Made by a program: the position numbers and the translations under genes
Shown here: positions 48,389 through 58,732 of the stretch, one piece after another
Layout: every line of letters begins with the position of its first letter
Position numbering within the stretch: position 1 is the first letter of the stretch
Virus record (IMG/VR): IMGVR_UViG_3300033074_000580
Coordinates: 31,270-95,269 of that record
Origin: a virus
Lineage: Duplodnaviria > Heunggongvirae > Uroviricota > Caudoviricetes
DNA length: 64,000 nt
Strand: one strand, 5' to 3'
The notes under the pieces: model-generated
Told to the model about the DNA's origin: nothing
Database searches by the model: none
The model's input: only the letters and a program-made list of their open reading frames with translations

Positions 48389-50113
48389 TTATCTTAAAGT
48401 ATCCAAGCTGAATGTAGTGATACCTCTCACGTCGATTACACCGAAGTAACGGTTGTTAACCATTTTCTTCGCGTATCTTGTCATGATACCTTTGATAGGT
48501 GTCATTGTGAATGGATTATACATTGTTGGAGTTAATTGTAAAGGTACATATGGTGCGTAGATGTAACCAGCATCCAATAATGATTTACCTTTGTGACCAA
48601 TTAACATTTTGTTAGCTGGGAAGTAAGGGTCACGATATACTTGATATCTACCTGCTAATGAACCGATTTTCTCGATACCCATGTTGTATGAGTCTTGCTC
48701 AGGAGCTGCATTAGATACGTGGAAATATTCTAAATCATCGAATACTGCAGAAATTTCTGAAGAAACAACAATCCAGTTAGCACCACCTCTTAATGTAGTC
48801 TTATGGATTTGAGCTGAAATTTGGTTAACTTTAGTTACCAAAGTTTGGTTCCAGTCTTTTTGAGTGTAACCTTGTAATGTAGCACCTGATGCTCCACCGT
48901 ATTTCCACTCATTGTAATCCCATTTAGCTTTCCAAGCTGCACCTTTACGTAAGTCACGTAAGATTTCACGGTCAACTTCTGCTGCAATTTGCTCAGATAA
49001 TAAAGCTGTTAATTCAGCTTCAGCATCGATGTTGTGGAATGCACTAACGTCTTGAGCTAATTCAGGAGACCAAGTTGCTCTTAATTTTCTTTCAGTTACA
49101 GAAACTGTTACTGATTGTAAATCGAAAGAAACTTCACCGATTGCATCTTCGAATTCTAATGTATCGTATGTTCTGTAAGTTAATGTCCAGTCACCGATAG
49201 CAGTTGCACCTAACACAGCGTTAGAGAAACCTGAAGTTGCTGAATAAGTTTGGTGGTCTACTTGTAAGTAGATTGTACCTTCTTCATCACAAATATCATT
49301 GTACTTACCTGATGGGTAGTTACCTGAAGTTGCAGTAGAACCGTATTCAACAATACCTTTACCATATTTTTGAGTTACCACGTTGAATGGTAATGCAGTA
49401 CCTTGGTAAGATACAACAGCACTTGCTAAGAATTCTTCTGTATCCATAGCGTTACCGTTAGGTCCGATTAACTTACCTTGACCATCTTTTACGAAACCTG
49501 TGAACTTAGCGATTACACTAGAAACACCTGTACCACCTGTGATAGATGATAAAGTTACGTTTGTAGTTGAACCGTTAGAGAAAGTTACTAAAGTTGATGC
49601 AGATAATGTGATTGCTGAATAAGAACCTTTTGAATAATCAAAAAGACCTGAAGTTACAGCATCACCATCACCATTCTCATAGAAACGGTCATATAAGTTA
49701 CCACCAGTATATCCTTCACCTGGGTTAGTAGAGTTTGAAGGGTATCCGTAAGGAGAGTAGTGGTTAGCTCCTGTTCTTTCCTGAATTTTAGGAATGAAGT
49801 AGAATAATTTACCAATTGGTAAGTTCATAGCTTGTACAGACACGATGTCGTTAGCTAATAATTTAGAGAATACACGACGAATGATAGGGAATACCACAGT
49901 CTCGAATGAACCAGACGCATCTGCTACTGCAGCTTCGTTGATTAAGTAAGACGCTTGGTTTTCATATAATTGCGCGATGTTATCTTTTTGGTGACCTTCT
50001 AAACCTTCTAAAAAGCCTAAGTCATCCCATTTTTTGATGGTATCTTCTTTGATAACACGTAAGTGCTTAAGACCGATGTTACCTACCATACCTGATTCTA
50101 ATAATGCTCCCAT
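48389..50113 (-). CDS. Major capsid protein (T4 gp23-like)
   Basis: LLANDIVSVQAM, RKLRATWSPELAQD, EIL.DL and GYIYAPYVPL..MTRY motifs. Confidence 0.95.
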   Translation of the reverse strand: MGALLESGMVGNIGLKHLRVIKEDTIKKWDDLGFLEGLEGHQKDNIAQLYENQASYLINEAAVADASGSFETVVFPIIRRVFSKLLANDIVSVQAMNLPIGKLFYFIPKIQERTGANHYSPYGYPSNSTNPGEGYTGGNLYDRFYENGDGDAVTSGLFDYSKGSYSAITLSASTLVTFSNGSTTNVTLSSITGGTGVSSVIAKFTGFVKDGQGKLIGPNGNAMDTEEFLASAVVSYQGTALPFNVVTQKYGKGIVEYGSTATSGNYPSGKYNDICDEEGTIYLQVDHQTYSATSGFSNAVLGATAIGDWTLTYRTYDTLEFEDAIGEVSFDLQSVTVSVTERKLRATWSPELAQDVSAFHNIDAEAELTALLSEQIAAEVDREILRDLRKGAAWKAKWDYNEWKYGGASGATLQGYTQKDWNQTLVTKVNQISAQIHKTTLRGGANWIVVSSEISAVFDDLEYFHVSNAAPEQDSYNMGIEKIGSLAGRYQVYRDPYFPANKMLIGHKGKSLLDAGYIYAPYVPLQLTPTMYNPFTMTPIKGIMTRYAKKMVNNRYFGVIDVRGITTFSLDTLR

Positions 50114-50145
50114 TTTTGAATTGTATTTTTGTTTTATTTAATTTA

Positions 50146-51342
50146 TTATTTTATTTTGCTCATCAAATCTTTCATTCTCTTGAATTGTGGATTTTCGTAA
50201 GCTTTCGCTTCTGCCAATACTTCTTGAGATGCTGATGTTGATGGTGCGTTAGAGATTTTTTCAACAACTGATTCGGTTACTGTAGTTTTTGTTCCTAATT
50301 CAGCTTTGATTGTGTTGAATAAGTTTTTAGACTCATTCATGTTAGAAACTGAATCAAATCTCTTCAAAATGTTCATTTTCTCTTGTTTTGTTGTAGAGTG
50401 TTCAGTAAATAAACGAGTAGCATAAGCTAAGTTTGCGTTGAATACTGCAACTTCGTTAAGTTTCTCTTTAAATAATACTAATGCTTTCTTGTATTCAGCA
50501 TTTTGTTTCTTTAAAGTTTCAACTTCTTCATTCATTTCATGACGACCTGCCTTGTATTTTTTACCTTGGTCAGCTGGTTTTCTAACGTCATTTGCAAATG
50601 TTCTAGCTGCTTCACCAACTTCTTCTTCGTGAGCCTCTTCTTCCTCTTCTTCTTTTACTTCTTCTTCCTCTTCTTCATCTATCTCGATTTCGTAGATTGT
50701 TTCTTCGTTTGATTCTTCTTCCTCTTCATTCCATTCGCTTTCATCGATATCATCCGCTTCAGCGCCGAATTCAGGAGTTTCATCATCATTGTCGAGTTTA
50801 ATGATATAGTCGTCTTCTCCGTCACCAAATTCAACGGTATCACCGTCTTTCTTTACTACAATACCATCTTCAGGTTTCATAGCTTTGAAAACTTTTAATA
50901 CATCTTCATCAGATGCACCGGTCATATCCATTACATCTTCGTCATCCATTCCTTCTTCAGTTGATGGTTCGTCTAATGATGGTAACTCATCGTCACCCAT
51001 TTCATCTTCTTCACCCTCATCGTCACCAGAATCTAATCCTTCGATGTCTTTGTTTGGTTCGTTATCGAGGTCGTCTACATTTTCAGCGTCATCTGCTTCC
51101 GCATCTTCGTCTGACATATCATCTGTGTCCTCTTCGTCAGAAATAGGTTGTTCTGAAACTGCTTCCTCTTCGTTAGCAACTTCTTCTCCAACTTCTTCCT
51201 CTTCTTCCAATGATTCTTTAAGCAAATCTTTAAGTTCTTCCTTCATAGTTGAAGCAAGTATACCTTTTGCATTTTGCTTTACTGCTTCTTCAAGAGTTTG
51301 TACTTGAAGTAACGCTTGTTCTAAAATTGATTTTTCAGTCAT
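50146..51342 (-). CDS. Prohead core scaffold protein
   Basis: Very acidic protein with a coiled-coil C-terminus, between the protease and capsid genes. Confidence 0.75.
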   Translation of the reverse strand: MTEKSILEQALLQVQTLEEAVKQNAKGILASTMKEELKDLLKESLEEEEEVGEEVANEEEAVSEQPISDEEDTDDMSDEDAEADDAENVDDLDNEPNKDIEGLDSGDDEGEEDEMGDDELPSLDEPSTEEGMDDEDVMDMTGASDEDVLKVFKAMKPEDGIVVKKDGDTVEFGDGEDDYIIKLDNDDETPEFGAEADDIDESEWNEEEEESNEETIYEIEIDEEEEEEVKEEEEEEAHEEEVGEAARTFANDVRKPADQGKKYKAGRHEMNEEVETLKKQNAEYKKALVLFKEKLNEVAVFNANLAYATRLFTEHSTTKQEKMNILKRFDSVSNMNESKNLFNTIKAELGTKTTVTESVVEKISNAPSTSASQEVLAEAKAYENPQFKRMKDLMSKIK

Positions 51343-51428
51343 TGTGAAATTTTTGTTTTATTACCTTATAAATAGTGCCAAATATTGAAAAATCCTTTTT
51401 TTCAATATCATTAGCCCTATAAAATTTA

Positions 51429-52112
51429 TTATTTGGATAAAAAACTATCCAATCTACCCATTAGTTTCTTCATTCTGTCGTCAACCATTGGTTTTTCTTC
51501 AACTTGTTCTTGGTATTGTTCTCTTTCAGATGGGTCAGAAAATACATAAGCACCTGGTGTTGATGGTGACGATACTAAATCGAAACAAACCAATTCAAAA
51601 TCCTCCTGTACTATGTTTTGACCTTTTACATTTTTTAATGAACCAACTCCACGAGAAGATATACCTAAAGTCGCTCCGTTCATTATTAACATTGCGGCTT
51701 GGTCACCTTTTGTTGATACAATACCCATTTTTCTCCAACCTGGTGATGTGAATAATTTTATCTTACCCATTAACATCTTACCATCCCACCAAGTCTCAAG
51801 GATTGAATGTGATACTCTATCTAAGTCAATTAAAGAAGAGGATGGGTGATTTAATTCATTTAACGCACCACCTTTTTTAATTAAATTTTGGTATTTCTCG
51901 TTTTCTCTTTTTAGAATTATCTCGGGATAGATTCTCCCGTTCTTATTTGGAGTGTCGTATTTTTGCAAAACGGCATAAAGGATAAGGTCTTGTGAAAAGT
52001 CCATATCCTTCATTTCCGAAATTATTTTCTTATTGTCATCGGGGGACACATGACCTGCATCATATTCAATTAAAATCCCTTTCCCCGTTTCGTTTGGTCC
52101 TAATATCTTCAT
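51429..52112 (-). CDS. Prohead core protease (T4 gp21-like)
   Basis: NKNGRIYP, ELNHP, GISSRGVGS and DLVSSPS motifs. Confidence 0.93.
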   Translation of the reverse strand: MKILGPNETGKGILIEYDAGHVSPDDNKKIISEMKDMDFSQDLILYAVLQKYDTPNKNGRIYPEIILKRENEKYQNLIKKGGALNELNHPSSSLIDLDRVSHSILETWWDGKMLMGKIKLFTSPGWRKMGIVSTKGDQAAMLIMNGATLGISSRGVGSLKNVKGQNIVQEDFELVCFDLVSSPSTPGAYVFSDPSEREQYQEQVEEKPMVDDRMKKLMGRLDSFLSK

Positions 52113-52150
52113 TTATAGATTTTATTACTATAAATACATCAATATCGAGG

Positions 52151-52576
52151 TTATTTTTTGCTTTTGTGAAAATTGAATAATTTTTTATTGGTTAAACCAT
52201 TATCGATTATGTTTTCTATGATATCCCCAATAGATTTTTTTATCTCTTTATTTTTAACATCGAACTGCCTTTCCACAAATAATGTTACTTCTAAATTCAT
52301 AAAAGACCTCTTTTCTAACTTAATACCCTTTGTTCTAACATCTAAATCAACAATTGTTTGTTGTTTAAAATTTGGGTTTTTTAGATTATATAAAATTTCT
52401 TTTATTACTCTTCTAGATTTTAAAATTAAATAATCAAAATCTTCGGTTTCGTTTTCAGGTTGTACCCAAGAGTTTAATTTTAAATAAATGGTTTTAAGAT
52501 TTTTAAAATCTACGGTACCATAACCATACTTTACGTTTTTGTAAGTCCCTAATGGGATGTACTTACCTGTTTTCAT
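52151..52576 (-). CDS. Hypothetical protein
   Basis: 141 aa ORF (YGTVDFKNLKTIY...IVDLD...KRSFM.LE). Confidence 0.6.
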   Translation of the reverse strand: MKTGKYIPLGTYKNVKYGYGTVDFKNLKTIYLKLNSWVQPENETEDFDYLILKSRRVIKEILYNLKNPNFKQQTIVDLDVRTKGIKLEKRSFMNLEVTLFVERQFDVKNKEIKKSIGDIIENIIDNGLTNKKLFNFHKSKK

Positions 52577-52681
52577 TAAATTTCATTCATTTACATTTAT
52601 TATGGTGTTGAGTAAAATATAGTTAAAAAAGATTACAAATCCAAAAAATATTTTGTATATTTACAAATATATTTATAAGAT

Positions 52682-52873
52682 ATGATTATAATTGATTTAT
52701 CAAAAGAAAGGAGTATAGAATCTGCATTAAGAACTTACAAAAGTAAAGTTCAAAAAACCAAGCAAATTCAAAAATTGAGGGAAAGACAAGAATTTGTTAA
52801 ACCTTCAGTTACTAGAAGAAAAGAGGTTTTAAAAGCAATCTATGTTCAAAAACAAAAAAATGGTCTTGACTAA
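52682..52873 (+). CDS. rpsU: Ribosomal protein bS21
   Basis: SIESALRTYKSKV...LRERQEFVKPSVTRR..KAIY; late motif at 52670-52677. Confidence 0.88.
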   Translation: MIIIDLSKERSIESALRTYKSKVQKTKQIQKLRERQEFVKPSVTRRKEVLKAIYVQKQKNGLD

Positions 52874-52888
52874 TCAAGACCATTTTTT
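52855..52888. terminator. Bidirectional hairpin terminator between convergent genes
   Basis: AAAAAATGGTCTTGA-CTAA-TCAAGACCATTTTTT, a perfect 15-bp stem. Confidence 0.75.
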
Positions 52889-53604
52889 AATTGTACTAAT
52901 CTGTAGTAATTATATTTTGATACATCCATTTGTTGGACTTCTCCTTTAACTTTACTTAATTTTTCTGAAAGTGTGTCGTTTGATTCCGATAATAACGAAT
53001 CAACTTTATTTAAGATAGATTCTCTTAACTCAGTTGTTTTATTATTTAAATCTTCATCTGACAATGATAAAATATCTTTTAATTCATTTTTTTGTTCTTC
53101 AGATAATGTGTTATTATAAAGAACATTAAAATTGTTTGCTAAAACTGCATGTAAAAGATTTTCATTTGACGTATACGTCGTTTGTTCTGCGATTTTAGTT
53201 TCTTTCTTTGTTATTAAATGTTCTACTAATTTTTTCTTTGCAATTACTTTCTTATCAATATTATTTAAATTGTCATTCTCAGATAATTGGTCTAATAATG
53301 TATAAATTTCATTTTCATTTATCTCGATATTTCCAATTTTTTCATCTAATGATTTTGAAAATTCAGAGATATTCTTTGTTTGGTTTTTTAAAATTGAACT
53401 AACTTCTTCAACATACAGTTTAGCAATATCTTTATCTTCAAAATATTTGCTCTCAATTTCTTCGTAGAACAAATACATTTCTTTGAATTCTTTATTTTCT
53501 TTAATTGTGTTTAATATCTCTTTAACTTCTTTCTTATTATTTTGTGTATAAGATTCAGTAAGTTTTGATAACATTTTACTTTTTAAAACCCCGAATTTGT
53601 TCAT
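52870..53604 (-). CDS. Hypothetical helical prohead-associated protein
   Basis: 244 aa directly downstream of the portal gene; contains LTE, LSE and IAE sites. Confidence 0.55.
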   Translation of the reverse strand: MNKFGVLKSKMLSKLTESYTQNNKKEVKEILNTIKENKEFKEMYLFYEEIESKYFEDKDIAKLYVEEVSSILKNQTKNISEFSKSLDEKIGNIEINENEIYTLLDQLSENDNLNNIDKKVIAKKKLVEHLITKKETKIAEQTTYTSNENLLHAVLANNFNVLYNNTLSEEQKNELKDILSLSDEDLNNKTTELRESILNKVDSLLSESNDTLSEKLSKVKGEVQQMDVSKYNYYRLVQLKNGLD

Positions 53605-53606
53605 TT

Positions 53607-55436
53607 TTAATCGTTTAAAATATCTTTTATTTTTGTCTCTATTTCATAAATATTCTGTTGTGCACGTTCCATATCAAATAAATCACTAAATTCGATTTGT
53701 TCTTCACCCAACATTCCTAATATCTTTGATTTCTTAGATTTTGTTCCTTCACTAAGTGGACCTTCTCCACCTGCAGGTGTTGGTGGTGTCGGAGCTGCTC
53801 CTCCACCTAACGCACCTAATCCCCCACCTTCAGCACCTTCCGCACCAAGTGCTCCTGAGGCCTCTAATGCCTTTCTTTCTTCTTCAGGTATTCCATACTT
53901 ACTATCCACTTCATCAAACACACCCGAACGTTTAATAATATTTGCGGTACCTGTTAATTCAGCACCCATTGCTCTTTCTAAACGTTGTTGTTGTAAATCA
54001 AGTAACACTTCACTATCACTCATACCAAGAATATTTTTCTTAGCCCATGTGTGAGAAACTGGTAGAATACCTATTTGTGATTGGTCAGATGTTGCGTCTT
54101 TATACAATGTAATCTTCTCTTTCCAAGTTTCAATTTTAAGTAAATCGGCTTGTGAAGACGGGTTAGTTAATGATAATTCAAAATTATTTAATTCGTCTTC
54201 CATACCTAAAAGATATAGATGAATTAACGCTACTTTATTTAATTCTTGAATTAAAGATTTTTGTATTTTGTTAATGGTTCTTGCAAAACGAATATCCATT
54301 AAGGCAAGATTTTTACCATCACCAACTACTTCCTCAAAACCTAAGAACGCCTTAGGAATACGTAACGCCGCCAATAATTTCTTTTGGATATATTCAATAT
54401 CCGCAATCTCACCTAAGTTTTGTGCTCCTGGTAATGTCTCAATTGGATTTGTTTGTGATGGGTCACGAACAGGGATGAAATAATCTTGGTCTACCGCCAT
54501 TTGATTATATCTCATGTCTACTTGACCGTTACGTGGGTCTGATACTTGGTCACGTTTAAATTTACTAGCAACACGTTGTACATATGGTTCAATGTCCTTA
54601 TCGTCCATGTTACCAACGAATACTTTGAATACACGTCTTTCAGGTGCTCTTGATGTTCTGTAAATTAACATTGCATCCTCCGCTAGTAAAAGTTGTTTCC
54701 AAATTCTTCTAATTTTATCTAACATAGAAGTGCCGTATGGTAACTTTCTATCATCACCCAATAATCTAAAGTGTGCAATTTCCCATGCTTGGAATTCTAA
54801 ATCTTTGTTTTTCCATTGAAAACGTAATTCTCTTGACGGTACTTTTTGGTCTTGTTGTATAGGTGTTTTTGATGATGCACCTTCGATTCTTTCAATTTCA
54901 ATGTTCGGTAATTGTTGACATCCTACAATACCCTTTTCTGGATCAATTTTTAAGTAAACGAAATCATCTCCATACTTACAAACACCTCTAGCCCACATTT
55001 GTAGGTTAGTGTTTATATCTAACTTATTATTAAACAAATCATCTAATATACCTTTGATTCTATCTGATTCAGAATAAATTGTTAGTATTTGACCTTTTTC
55101 AGACATAGTTGTGGATTCTTCCGCATATATGTCTAAAGCCGCAGATATTTCAGGAGTAAACTCCATTGATTCATAATCATAATAAGCGGCTAGTCTATTT
55201 GGTTCATAATAAACCGATTGATTGTATAGAGATTGGTCTAATTTTGTCCATTTATCAGCAATATATTGACTTTGTTGAGCTTGTAACATCGCTCTTTCAA
55301 AGTCTTCTCTATTATCTGTTTTCAGTAACTCGTCTTTATTGAAATTAAATGATGGTGTTTGTGGTTTCTGTACTTGTCCAGGGAACCCAAACATTCTCGT
55401 AAGTTTCTGAAAGACTGTAATATTCTGTTCTGCCAT
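53607..55436 (-). CDS. Portal protein (T4 gp20-like)
   Basis: EDAMLIYRTSRAPERRVFKVFVGN, DYFIPVR and IETLPGAQNL motifs. Confidence 0.95.
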   Translation of the reverse strand: MAEQNITVFQKLTRMFGFPGQVQKPQTPSFNFNKDELLKTDNREDFERAMLQAQQSQYIADKWTKLDQSLYNQSVYYEPNRLAAYYDYESMEFTPEISAALDIYAEESTTMSEKGQILTIYSESDRIKGILDDLFNNKLDINTNLQMWARGVCKYGDDFVYLKIDPEKGIVGCQQLPNIEIERIEGASSKTPIQQDQKVPSRELRFQWKNKDLEFQAWEIAHFRLLGDDRKLPYGTSMLDKIRRIWKQLLLAEDAMLIYRTSRAPERRVFKVFVGNMDDKDIEPYVQRVASKFKRDQVSDPRNGQVDMRYNQMAVDQDYFIPVRDPSQTNPIETLPGAQNLGEIADIEYIQKKLLAALRIPKAFLGFEEVVGDGKNLALMDIRFARTINKIQKSLIQELNKVALIHLYLLGMEDELNNFELSLTNPSSQADLLKIETWKEKITLYKDATSDQSQIGILPVSHTWAKKNILGMSDSEVLLDLQQQRLERAMGAELTGTANIIKRSGVFDEVDSKYGIPEEERKALEASGALGAEGAEGGGLGALGGGAAPTPPTPAGGEGPLSEGTKSKKSKILGMLGEEQIEFSDLFDMERAQQNIYEIETKIKDILND

Positions 55437-55489
55437 GTATATAAATACTTTTATCTATAATATAAAATAAATTATTAGAATAATAAAGG

Positions 55490-57265
55490 TTACTTAGACT
55501 TGGCGAAAAGCCAATTATATTCCTGATATTGACTCTTACCCGGTACATTTCGTATATCCTTAAAATTAGGGTCATTATCTAATCCACTCATTGACCCTAT
55601 TTGGTCAAATGCCGTTCCATAGGAATAAAACGATTTATTTGGTTCGTATGTTCTTTCAGATAATGTCCACGATTCTAACATCGCAACATTCTTTGCGGTA
55701 TTTCTTTCTAATTGATTAAAACATATGTCCCCCGCATATAATGCCATTGACATACTCATAATCGCATCGTCGTGAGCACCTTTCATATGGTCGGGTCTAC
55801 CATTTATGTAAACAAACGTATTAAGTTCATTTAATAATCTGGCAGAACGTATTTGGAATCCTTTTCTAATTTGTTCTTCAAATGCCGCAACTATTTGAGT
55901 TCTTTTATTATTAAAATTAAGACCCGGAATTTTTTCTAAAGCCTTTCTATTGTAATCCCAAACATTTTGTGTATTAACACCATCAATATACAAATGTTTA
56001 TAATTCATTTCTTGTAATTTTCTTGATGTGGCAATTCCCATACCACCTGTTATATCAATAACAATGAAAGAATTATAAAGGATTCCCCATTTATATGCGA
56101 TATCTGCTAAATTATCAGGTTCAATTTTACCTACATACTCTAAAACTTGTTCTCTATCATCAAAATCTATAATGTTAATAGCACTAAAATCTTCACTATC
56201 TCCTCTACTAACATCAACACCCATAATATATCGGTGACCCTGAATCGGTTCTTTCCATTGCCACATAGTGGCTTGCATATATTTTTCTTTAGGTTCTCTA
56301 ATTTGATTTTTTGCAATATCTTGTTGGACATCGTTTGATATTACACCATCTCCCGAACCTAAGAAGTCACATTCTAATTCCTGAGCAATCTTACGTCTAT
56401 CGTATTTGAATTTCTTAGACATAGACTCAAACCAAGATGAAAATGGTTTATAACCTTGTTCTAAATAAACATTATAGTTAGAAATATCATATTCGGTCAT
56501 AACAACCTCATCGTCATTGTATTGGTCTCTATTTAACATGTAATGAACAATATCATTACACTTAACCCAACGTAAATCTTTTGTATAACGAGGGTCTTTA
56601 AACCATCTTAAATCGGTTATATGAAAATCGTTTAATCCTCTCTGTGCTTGTTCATATACACCATAATAAATTGGGTCATAACCGTTTGGTGTTGATACAA
56701 GTATTACTTTACCTCCCGTAGATAAAGACGCCATGGATGCCGCCCAAAAATCTTCACCCGCATCAATAAATGCCGCTTCATCAAATACAAGTATTGTTGG
56801 TGAGAAACCACGAAGTGCATCTGGAGATGTTGCAACCGCTTTAACCTCACACCCATTGTTTAATCTAAATCTACTCTCAGAGTTTTTATCGGGAGAAAAT
56901 CCCACATTCAACCATTCAGGCCATTGTTCTAAAAAATGACGAACCTTGTTTGCCATTTCAATTGCGGTATCTCTTTTATTAGCAATGATAAGAACTCTAT
57001 CTGGTTGTTCTGGTTTGGCTAATTGTAATCTTTTTGATAACCATGCTGCGGTTACTGTTGTAACACCCGCTTGACGATATTTTCTTGTAATATTTTCATT
57101 ATACATTTCATAGTCCTTCAACAACTGAATTTGGTCGTCGAATAATTCCAATGGAACGTATCTTTTTTGGGTATTATCGTATGTTTGTAAATATGTTTTT
57201 AATGCATATGGAGTATCTTTCATAATCCTCGCATATTCCATTAGTTGTTCCGCTCTTGAATTCAT
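55490..57265 (-). CDS. Terminase large subunit
   Basis: KYRQAGVTT Walker A-like motif, FDEAAF, STPNG, GVDVSRG and HDD. Confidence 0.93.
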   Translation of the reverse strand: MNSRAEQLMEYARIMKDTPYALKTYLQTYDNTQKRYVPLELFDDQIQLLKDYEMYNENITRKYRQAGVTTVTAAWLSKRLQLAKPEQPDRVLIIANKRDTAIEMANKVRHFLEQWPEWLNVGFSPDKNSESRFRLNNGCEVKAVATSPDALRGFSPTILVFDEAAFIDAGEDFWAASMASLSTGGKVILVSTPNGYDPIYYGVYEQAQRGLNDFHITDLRWFKDPRYTKDLRWVKCNDIVHYMLNRDQYNDDEVVMTEYDISNYNVYLEQGYKPFSSWFESMSKKFKYDRRKIAQELECDFLGSGDGVISNDVQQDIAKNQIREPKEKYMQATMWQWKEPIQGHRYIMGVDVSRGDSEDFSAINIIDFDDREQVLEYVGKIEPDNLADIAYKWGILYNSFIVIDITGGMGIATSRKLQEMNYKHLYIDGVNTQNVWDYNRKALEKIPGLNFNNKRTQIVAAFEEQIRKGFQIRSARLLNELNTFVYINGRPDHMKGAHDDAIMSMSMALYAGDICFNQLERNTAKNVAMLESWTLSERTYEPNKSFYSYGTAFDQIGSMSGLDNDPNFKDIRNVPGKSQYQEYNWLFAKSK

Positions 57266-57277
57266 ATATATAAATAC

Positions 57278-57303
57278 AAAAAAAGGTGGTTTAAAACCAC
57301 CTT
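57278..57303 (-). terminator. Intrinsic terminator
   Basis: AAGGTGGTT-TAA-AACCACCTT with an adjacent A run (U tract on the minus strand). Confidence 0.7.
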
Positions 57304-57306
57304 CTA

Positions 57307-58728
57307 TTATTTTCCGACAGGTACACCACCGTCGTCATCGTCATCATCATCTGATAATCCGATACCTAAACTACCTAAGAAATCTTTAAAATCATCTTCA
57401 GATTCCATTGAGGTTGTTACTCCCGGTATACTTTTTATAAAATTGGATAAATCATCCATATCTGTACTATCTGTAACATTTTCTAAATCATTATGAAAAA
57501 CTTCCATTGATTCTTCATAATCCATTTGTTGTACCATCTCTTCAGCACTTTTAAGCATTTCACCTAATAGTCTGATACCATTTTTAGTTTGTCCCATAAT
57601 TTCTTTCATTAAAACTAAGAAATTTTTTGCGGGTAAACTATAAACACTCTTTAAAAAGAAGTTTTGAATGGTTGGAAAGTTTTCCTTTGCCACAATATCA
57701 TCAGGATATAAATCAATAATTCTACTATAGATAACAGGACCTAATCTAATATCCCAAGTTTCTTTACTTAAAGTATCTTCACTTTTTTGAATTTTTTCCC
57801 ATTTATCTAAGTCATATTCACCGGCATTATTTTTTGGAATACCATGTGTTGCCATAAAATCCATATATCCTTTGAAACATTCATGAATCATTACAGGAAA
57901 ATTTACAGCCCTAACTGTGATTGTTGGTAAATCGTCTTCATCTTCACCAGGTTCAACTTCTTCAGTTCCTGCCGGATGAAAATTTGGATTTTCAGTTTTA
58001 GCATCGATTCCTTCATCGTGATATTGCCAATACATTGCATCATTAACTGACATCATTATACCATACAATTCAGATAACGCATCACTACCGGTTATTTTCT
58101 TTAATTCATCAAGAACTAAATGAAACTTATAATGACCTACTTCCGCAGCACCTTGAGTTAGTGTGTTGATAAATCTTCTTTTTGCGTTTTCTAAATTTAA
58201 ATCTTCAAGGTCGTCATAAATTTCTTTTTCAAGGTCAACCGCCTCTGGATTTATTTTATTATCATCCATTTCAAAATTATCTAATGACATTTCCTTTAAT
58301 GGACGTAATTGGACATCCCATTTCACAAGACCATCAGGAATTTGGAAATGTTCTATCGTCATTCTAACCGCTAAATCTTCTAATTCTTTTTCGTGACCAC
58401 TTTCTATTTGAACAATTGCATTTGCGGCTTCTTTCATCATATCGGTTAACTCATAAAATCTATGGTCACCAGAAAGATTCATTCTTAATTTACCACCTAA
58501 ATAACGTTTTACCTTTTCTACAACCTGTTTGTATCTTTCAGATGCCAAAAATTCCAAGAAATTTTGGTCTCCTGATTTTAATTCAGGGAATGGTATTTTA
58601 TTAAGTGGAGTATTACCAGATTTTAATTTATCCTCAATGTCTTTATGTGGTCTATGTTGTGAATCATAGTCCATAGCCATTTCATAAATCTGTTCTGCAA
58701 TAATTTGCATTAAATCTTTCTTTCTCAT
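57307..58728 (-). CDS. Hypothetical protein, probable head-associated
   Basis: 473 aa; IIAEQIYE leader; FPVMIHECFKG motif. Confidence 0.55.
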   Translation of the reverse strand: MRKKDLMQIIAEQIYEMAMDYDSQHRPHKDIEDKLKSGNTPLNKIPFPELKSGDQNFLEFLASERYKQVVEKVKRYLGGKLRMNLSGDHRFYELTDMMKEAANAIVQIESGHEKELEDLAVRMTIEHFQIPDGLVKWDVQLRPLKEMSLDNFEMDDNKINPEAVDLEKEIYDDLEDLNLENAKRRFINTLTQGAAEVGHYKFHLVLDELKKITGSDALSELYGIMMSVNDAMYWQYHDEGIDAKTENPNFHPAGTEEVEPGEDEDDLPTITVRAVNFPVMIHECFKGYMDFMATHGIPKNNAGEYDLDKWEKIQKSEDTLSKETWDIRLGPVIYSRIIDLYPDDIVAKENFPTIQNFFLKSVYSLPAKNFLVLMKEIMGQTKNGIRLLGEMLKSAEEMVQQMDYEESMEVFHNDLENVTDSTDMDDLSNFIKSIPGVTTSMESEDDFKDFLGSLGIGLSDDDDDDDGGVPVGK

Positions 58729-58732
58729 TATC

